In this document: positions 7,438 through 11,750 of the stretch, one piece after another
Layout of the letters: each line of letters opens with the position of its first letter
Position numbering within the stretch: the first letter of the stretch is position 1
Source: a virus
Taxonomy: Duplodnaviria; Heunggongvirae; Uroviricota; Caudoviricetes
Strand: one strand, 5' to 3'
DNA length: 11,750 nt
Virus record (IMG/VR): IMGVR_UViG_2585427760_000003
Position numbers and translations under genes: made by a program
Notes under the pieces: generated by a model
What the model was told of the DNA's origin: nothing
What the model saw: only the letters and a program-made list of their open reading frames with translations
Databases searched by the model: none

Positions 7438-7836
7438 ATGGAATTGGCAAGTGAATTTTCTGGCATGCTTAAGTCGTCAGGTGTTCGGTCAGCGTTCTTT
7501 GTTGAAATGCTGATGCACGGCGGACTTATGGCAACAATGAGACGTGTAATGGAAGACCAGAGAAAAGAACCTCCTCAGGTATACGTTTTGTCATCGAAGA
7601 AAACTGGGCTAACCAAAATTGGGTATTCATCCAACATTCCACAACGCATCAAATCGCTTGGCAACTCTGGACCAGACTGCTTGAAGCTTGAGTGCCTGAT
7701 CCCTGGTGGAAGAGAAACTGAAAACATGCTTCATCGCAAATTTGCCGCAAAGAGAAAGCACGGTGAATGGTTCGCCCTGTCCAAGGATGACATTGAGGGA
7801 TTGAAATCTGTAGCGATTACTTCTGATGGCTATTAA
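7438..7836 (+). CDS. T5orf172 / GIY-YIG-like domain protein, 132 aa (cargo gene at the position occupied by bor in lambda)
   Basis: C-terminal ~85 residues QVYVLSSKKTGLTKIGYSSNIPQRIKSLGNSGPDCLKLECLIPGGRETENMLHRKFAAKRKHGEWFALSKDDIEGL fit the T5orf172 pattern as I recall it (YVL...KIGYT/S...R...EWF); weak SD; an upstream in-frame 24-codon ORF (7348-7422) is separated by a single TAA. Confidence 0.6.
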   Translation: MELASEFSGMLKSSGVRSAFFVEMLMHGGLMATMRRVMEDQRKEPPQVYVLSSKKTGLTKIGYSSNIPQRIKSLGNSGPDCLKLECLIPGGRETENMLHRKFAAKRKHGEWFALSKDDIEGLKSVAITSDGY

Positions 7837-8514
7837 TGCTTGTTTAGAGCAATTTTCATAACAACTCTTCATTACAAAGCCCATCTACTGGTGGGCTTGA
7901 TAATGAAACCGTGATTTACATCCCCACAATCCGGGTATGTAAAAGATAGTTCAGGCGAGAACGGATTTAACTAAATCTGTGCGCCACCAGTTAACGGCAG
8001 TACCACGAAACAACCCAAGCCAGTAAGTGGGGAAATAACACCGGCAGCCACTGAAAGATGAACCTCCTGCCTTATGGCAAAAAAGATTCTTTGTGGTGGC
8101 GGACTGATGGAAAGACATCCTAATTTCAGCCAAACATTGAAGGAGTTGTTATGTCAGCAGAAGGTTTCAATAACCCATCAAAATTCCGGGATGAGTGGGA
8201 TAGCAGCGTAAAGAGTAAGTGATGCCATCACAAAAGCCATTCCCTACAGAGTGGCTTTGATAATGGCTTATACCCTACACGGGATAACTTAACTGATATC
8301 CTTTTTAAAGGATAAAGGTATTCAAGCCTGACACATCATGCGCTGTATCGTCGCCGTATTCCCGTATTAACAGAGACCGTAGCCCGACGGGGAACTCCTT
8401 CTGCGCGAGTGTGCGGGAATAATCAAAAACGATGCACACCGGGGTTACCGGGTACACATATTTCATCATGCCAGCGAGTCCGGTTCTGGCACGGAAGAAA
8501 CCGGACGTTATGAT

Positions 8515-8925
8515 TTAGTGCGGAAATATTTGTGTAGTGTTCTGAATGTTCTCAGTAAAGAGTAATGAATTATCAAAGGTATAGTAATACCTTTTGTTTT
8601 CGTGGATATTTGTAATCCATCTGAAAACCCCTGCTGTAGCAAGATTTTTCCTGTATTCGTAAAATGATAACTCTCCTGATTTGAATCCTTTTAATGTGGT
8701 TTCTATAAGGCATTTATTTTTTGAAAATCTTACATTTACAACCTTACCCTGTCCTTTTATTAAAACCGTATTATCGTTTTCAAGAACAAGATGAATATTC
8801 TCTGTGGCTAAATAGTAAATGTAATGTGAGACATTGTGACGTTTTAGTTCAGAATAAAACCAGTGATAGTTTAAATTATTTCGCACTTTATCGAATATTT
8901 GTTTAAAAATGGCAACCTGAGCCAT
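8515..8925 (-). CDS. Hypothetical AT-rich protein, 136 aa, no signal peptide or TM segment; possibly equivalent to the protein annotated in K-12 DLP12 as YbcV (recollection, unverified)
   Basis: Minus-strand ORF in a visibly AT-rich segment; likely start at the second Met (8925, GGAAGG-like SD 7 nt upstream) giving [31 protein letters not shown]...; Tyr/Asn-rich, soluble-looking. Confidence 0.6.
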   Translation of the reverse strand: MAQVAIFKQIFDKVRNNLNYHWFYSELKRHNVSHYIYYLATENIHLVLENDNTVLIKGQGKVVNVRFSKNKCLIETTLKGFKSGELSFYEYRKNLATAGVFRWITNIHENKRYYYTFDNSLLFTENIQNTTQIFPH

Positions 8926-8982
8926 TGTAGTACCTTCCATGTGATATGAAGGTACCTAGTCTGCACGATTATCTAAATTGCT

Positions 8983-9216
8983 TCAATCTGGTCTGACCTG
9001 CTTTCTGAGCAATTCAGTAATGTCACTCTTTTCTTTGTTTGCTTCAGGCGAAACTCTTTTTTCTGAGCACAGTCTTCGGCGGCAGGCTTCAATGACCCAG
9101 GCTGAGAAATTCCCGGACCCTTTTTGATCAAGAGCGATGTTAATTTGTTCAATCATTTGGTTAGGAAAGCGGATGTTGCGGGTTGTTGTTCTGCGGGTTC
9201 TGTTCTTCGTTGACAT
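8983..9216 (-). CDS. Small putative ribbon-helix-helix (CopG/Arc-like) DNA-binding protein, 77 aa
   Basis: Basic N-terminus MSTKNRTRRTTTRNIRFPNQMIEQINIALDQKGSGNFSAWVIEACRRRL fits a beta-strand/helix/helix RHH layout; codirectional with and 57 bp upstream of the 136-aa gene; ~200 bp from cosN. Confidence 0.5.
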   Translation of the reverse strand: MSTKNRTRRTTTRNIRFPNQMIEQINIALDQKGSGNFSAWVIEACRRRLCSEKRVSPEANKEKSDITELLRKQVRPD

Positions 9217-9359
9217 GAGGTTGTCCCGTATTCAGTGTCGCTGATTTGTATTGTCTGAAGTTGTTTTTACGTTAAGTTGATGCAGATCAATTAATATGAT
9301 ACCTGCGTCATAATTGATTATTTGACGTGGTTTGATGGCGTAGATGCACGTTGTGACAT

Positions 9360-9604
9360 GCAGATGATAATTATTATCATTTTGCGGGTCCTTTCCGGCG
9401 ATCCGACAGGTTACGGGGCGGCGACCTCGCGGGTTTTCGCTATTTATGAAAATTTTCCGGTTTAAGGCGTTTCCGTTCTTCTTCGTCGTAACTTAATGTT
9501 TTTATTTAAAATACCCCCTGAAAAGAAAGGAAACGACAGGTGCTGAAAACGAACTTTTGGGCCTTTGTCGTTTCCTTTCTCTGTTTTTGGCCGTGGAATG
9601 AACA
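9360..9604. other. Lambda-type cos site: cosQ/cosN/cosB, with the cosN 12-nt cohesive-end sequence GGGCGGCGACCT at 9416-9427
   Basis: 9380-9600 is near-identical to my recollection of the lambda genome left end and preceding right end (..GTTACG GGGCGGCGACCT CGCGGGTTTTCGCTATTTATGAAAATTTTCCGGTTTAAGGCG...); inverted Nu1-binding R-site-like repeats AGAAAGGAAACGACAG / CTGTCGTTTCCTTTCT at ~9523-9580. Confidence 0.85.
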
Positions 9605-10429
9605 ATGGAAGTCAACAAAAAGCAGCTGGCTGACATTTTCGGTGCGAGTATCCGTACCATTCAGAACTGGCAGGAACAGGGAATGCCCGTTCTGCGAGGC
9701 GGTGGCAAGGGTAATGAGGTGCTTTATGACTCTGCCGCCGTTATAAGATGGTATGCCGAAAGGGATGCTGAAATTGAGAACGAAAAGCTGCGCCGGGAAG
9801 TTGAAGAACTGCGGCAGGCCAGCGAGACAGATCTCCAGCCAGGGACTATTGAGTACGAACGCCATCGACTTACGCGTGCGCAGGCCGACGCACAGGAGCT
9901 GAAAAATGCCAGAGACTCCGCTGAAGTGGTGGAAACCGCATTCTGTACTTTCGTGCTGTCGCGGATCGCAGGTGAAATTGCCAGTATTCTCGACGGGATC
10001 CCCCTGTCGGTGCAGCGGCGTTTCCCGAACGGCACGGTCGATGTGTTCCGCGGCTGGGTCAGCAGTATCGGTAAGGCGGTGACGGCGAAGGAAGTGATTA
10101 CCCGCACGGTGAAAGTCACCAACGTAGGACGTCCGTCGATGGCAGAAGATCGCAGCACGGTAACAGCGGCAACCGGCATGACCGTGACGCCTGCCAGCAC
10201 CTCGGTGGTGAAAGGGCAGAGCACGACGCTGACCGTGGCATTCCAGCCGGAAGGCGCAACCGACAAGAGCTTCCGTGCGGTGTCTGCGGATAAAACAAAA
10301 GCCACCGTGTCGGTCAGTGGTATGACCATCACCGTGAAAGGTGTTGCTGCAGGCAAGGTCAACATTCCGGTCGTATCCGGTAATGGTGAGTTTGCTGCGG
10401 TTGCAGAAATCAACGTCACCGCCAGTTAA
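9605..10429 (+). CDS. nohD: Chimeric ORF: terminase small subunit Nu1 homolog (residues ~1-140) fused in frame to the C-terminal Ig-like (Big_2) domain of major tail protein V; 274 aa
   Basis: [46 protein letters not shown]...[14 protein letters not shown] matches lambda Nu1; from ...[60 protein letters not shown]... to ...AEINVTAS matches the lambda gpV C-terminus from memory; switch at ~10018-10027 within shared CGTTTCCCG. The nohD symbol applies to the Nu1-like part only. Confidence 0.85.
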   Translation: MEVNKKQLADIFGASIRTIQNWQEQGMPVLRGGGKGNEVLYDSAAVIRWYAERDAEIENEKLRREVEELRQASETDLQPGTIEYERHRLTRAQADAQELKNARDSAEVVETAFCTFVLSRIAGEIASILDGIPLSVQRRFPNGTVDVFRGWVSSIGKAVTAKEVITRTVKVTNVGRPSMAEDRSTVTAATGMTVTPASTSVVKGQSTTLTVAFQPEGATDKSFRAVSADKTKATVSVSGMTITVKGVAAGKVNIPVVSGNGEFAAVAEINVTAS

Positions 10430-10444
10430 TCCGGAGAGTCAGCG

Positions 10445-10795
10445 ATGTTCCTGAAAACCGAATCATTTGAACATAACGGTGTGACCGTCACGCTTTCTGA
10501 ACTGTCAGCCCTGCAGCGTATTGAGCATCTCGCCCTGATGAAACGACAGGCAGAACAGGCGGAGTCAGACAGCAACCGGAAGTTTACTGTGGAAGACGCC
10601 ATCAGAACCGGCGCTTTTGTGGTGGCGATGTCCCTGTGGCATAACCATCCGCAGAAGACAAAGCTGCCTTCTATGAATGAATTGGTGCTCATACGCACTC
10701 CGTTGCGATTGGTTCACATGGACACACCATCACCGTTAACGCTGCTGGTAACGCGGAAAACACCGTCAAAAACATCGCATTTAACTATATTGTGA
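10445..10795 (+). pseudogene. Tail assembly chaperone G remnant (first ~79 codons) joined out of frame to the 3' end of a side tail fiber (stf) gene
   Basis: MFLKTESFEHNGVTVTLSELSALQRIEHLALMKRQAEQAESDSNRKFTVEDAIRTGAF..WHNHPQKT..PSMNE matches lambda gpG; from ~10681 a different frame reads [41 protein letters not shown] (stop 10804-10806), the His-x-His-rich C-terminus of Stf-type tail fibers. Confidence 0.8.
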
Positions 10796-10805
10796 GGCTT
10801 GCATA

Positions 10806-11390
10806 ATGGCATTCAGAATGAGTGAACAACCACGGACCATAAAAATTTATAATCTGCTGGCCGGAACTAATGAATTTATTGGTGAAGGTGATGCATATAT
10901 TCCGCCTCATACAGGTCTGCCAGCAAACAGTACCGATATTGCACCGCCAGATATTCCTGCTGGCTTTGTGGCTGTTTTCAACAGTGATGAGGCATCGTGG
11001 CATCTCGTTGAAGACCATCGGGGTAAAACGGTTTATGACGTAGCGTCAGGGGACGCGTTATTTATTTCTGAACTCGGTCCGTTACCGGAAAATGTTACCT
11101 GGTTATCGCCGGAAGGGGAGTTTCAGAAGTGGAACGGCACAGCCTGGGTGAAAGATGCAGAAGCAGAAAAACTGTTCCGGATCCGGGAGGCGGAAGAAAC
11201 AAAAAACAGCCTGATGCAGGTAGCCAGTGAGCATATTGCGCCACTTCAGGATGCTGTAGATCTGGAAATCGCAACGGAGGAAGAAACCTCATTGCTGGAA
11301 GCCTGGAAAAAGTATCGGGTGTTGCTGAACCGTGTTGATACATCAACTGCACCTGATATTGAGTGGCCTACGAACCCTGTCAGGGAGTAA
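10806..11390 (+). CDS. tfaD: Tail fiber assembly protein Tfa, 194 aa, intact
   Basis: [79 protein letters not shown]... is near-identical to lambda Tfa with scattered substitutions; ATG overlaps the stf-frame stop (TAATG). The tfaD symbol is by synteny with DLP12. Confidence 0.85.
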   Translation: MAFRMSEQPRTIKIYNLLAGTNEFIGEGDAYIPPHTGLPANSTDIAPPDIPAGFVAVFNSDEASWHLVEDHRGKTVYDVASGDALFISELGPLPENVTWLSPEGEFQKWNGTAWVKDAEAEKLFRIREAEETKNSLMQVASEHIAPLQDAVDLEIATEEETSLLEAWKKYRVLLNRVDTSTAPDIEWPTNPVRE

Positions 11391-11444
11391 TCATTGGGAT
11401 TATGCCGCAGCACGTCTTAAGCAAGAACGTGCTGCGGTTGGATG

Positions 11445-11750
11445 CTATTTTTTCCCTGAAGCGGAAAACATTACTACAGTACCTTGAACCTTGGTTTTAA
11501 CATTCTCGAAATGCTCTGAGAGTATATGTGTTAAGCCTTCTTCGGAATCTTTTGTGTTTGAAAAGATGCCTTTCTGATTGTAAATGCGCATCAGTTTTTG
11601 ACCGAAGCTATTGTGCACAACTCCATCGCCAAGAATTGTGGCTCCGTATAGAGTTCCATCGTCAGTTAAGGCCTGCGCCGCATTGCGTATTACACAGCTT
11701 TTTGTAGATATATTTCCAGGCAGGCAGTGAAGAAGGTAAAACATGGAAAT
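11445..11750 (-). CDS. Hypothetical protein, C-terminal portion (5' end probably beyond the window edge)
   Basis: Minus-strand ORF open to the window edge (two further in-frame codons upstream of the ATG at 11744); no family recognised; position corresponds to the gene convergent with tfa in lambdoid prophages. Confidence 0.4.
   Translation of the reverse strand: MSMFYLLHCLPGNISTKSCVIRNAAQALTDDGTLYGATILGDGVVHNSFGQKLMRIYNQKGIFSNTKDSEEGLTHILSEHFENVKTKVQGTVVMFSASGKK

Noticed and set aside
7627-8133. Minus-strand ORFs of 85 aa (overlapping the T5orf172 gene) and 60 aa (7951-8133)
   Set aside because: The first is antisense to the domain-bearing ORF; the second has no SD and lies in a region of hairpins and probable gene remnants. 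Kept only as a weak possibility.
8721-8906. 61-aa plus-strand ORF inside the AT-rich 136-aa gene
   Set aside because: Antisense, AT-rich chance ORF.
8515-9216. Calling the RHH plus 136-aa pair a toxin-antitoxin system outright
   Set aside because: Gene order and sizes are compatible, but I recognise no known toxin fold in the 136-aa protein and cannot run a profile search; reported only as a hypothesis.
9506-9865. ORFs of 119 aa (minus) and 68 aa (plus, 9540-9746) spanning cosB and the nu1 start
   Set aside because: The region is the cos packaging site with Nu1-binding repeats; the ORFs overlap it and the nu1 5' end without start signals.
9724-10419. 231-aa minus-strand ORF antisense to the Nu1::V gene
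   Set aside because: Lies entirely within a well-supported plus-strand coding region of GC-rich sequence where long antisense ORFs arise by chance; Ser/Thr/Ala/Arg-rich low-complexity translation; no start context.
10116-11352. Minus-strand ORFs antisense to the V-derived, G-derived and tfa coding regions (10116-10298, 10426-10698, 10785-11018, 11095-11352)
   Set aside because: Each lies opposite a recognisable phage gene or gene fragment; no independent evidence.
1-11750. CRISPR array or other spacer-interspersed direct repeats
   Set aside because: No series of regularly spaced direct repeats was seen; the only repeated short elements are the two hairpin-GATAATG motifs and the cos R-site inverted repeats.

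Overview
This window reads as an Escherichia coli chromosomal region at the fimZ-argU junction carrying a heavily deleted, DLP12-like lambdoid prophage integrated next to tRNA-Arg(UCU). All identifications come from reading the sequence and recalling protein families; no database search was run. Left to right: the 3' end of an IS1 element (1-299) inserted into and truncating fimZ (minus strand); argU tRNA (936-1012); prophage integrase and an excisionase-like HTH gene (minus); two small minus-strand genes (one TraR/DksA-type zinc finger); then, after only ~230 bp, the nin-region remnant rusA-ylcG-quuD (plus), so the immunity and replication modules are absent. An apparently intact porin gene nmpC lies on the minus strand between quuD and a phage-21-type lysis cassette (pinholin essD, SAR endolysin rrrD, spanins rzpD with embedded rzoD). 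After the lysis-cassette terminator comes a cargo region with a T5orf172/GIY-YIG-like ORF and an AT-rich two-gene minus-strand unit (small RHH-like protein plus a 136-aa protein of unknown function), then a lambda-like cos site. The packaging and tail region is reduced to chimeric remnants: an in-frame Nu1(N-terminal)::V(C-terminal) fusion ORF, a G(5')::stf(3') remnant, and an intact tfa. The most likely places for an undescribed function are the cargo region at 7.3-9.2 kb and the compacted minus-strand operon at 2.4-3.1 kb; none of these candidates can be assigned a function from sequence alone.
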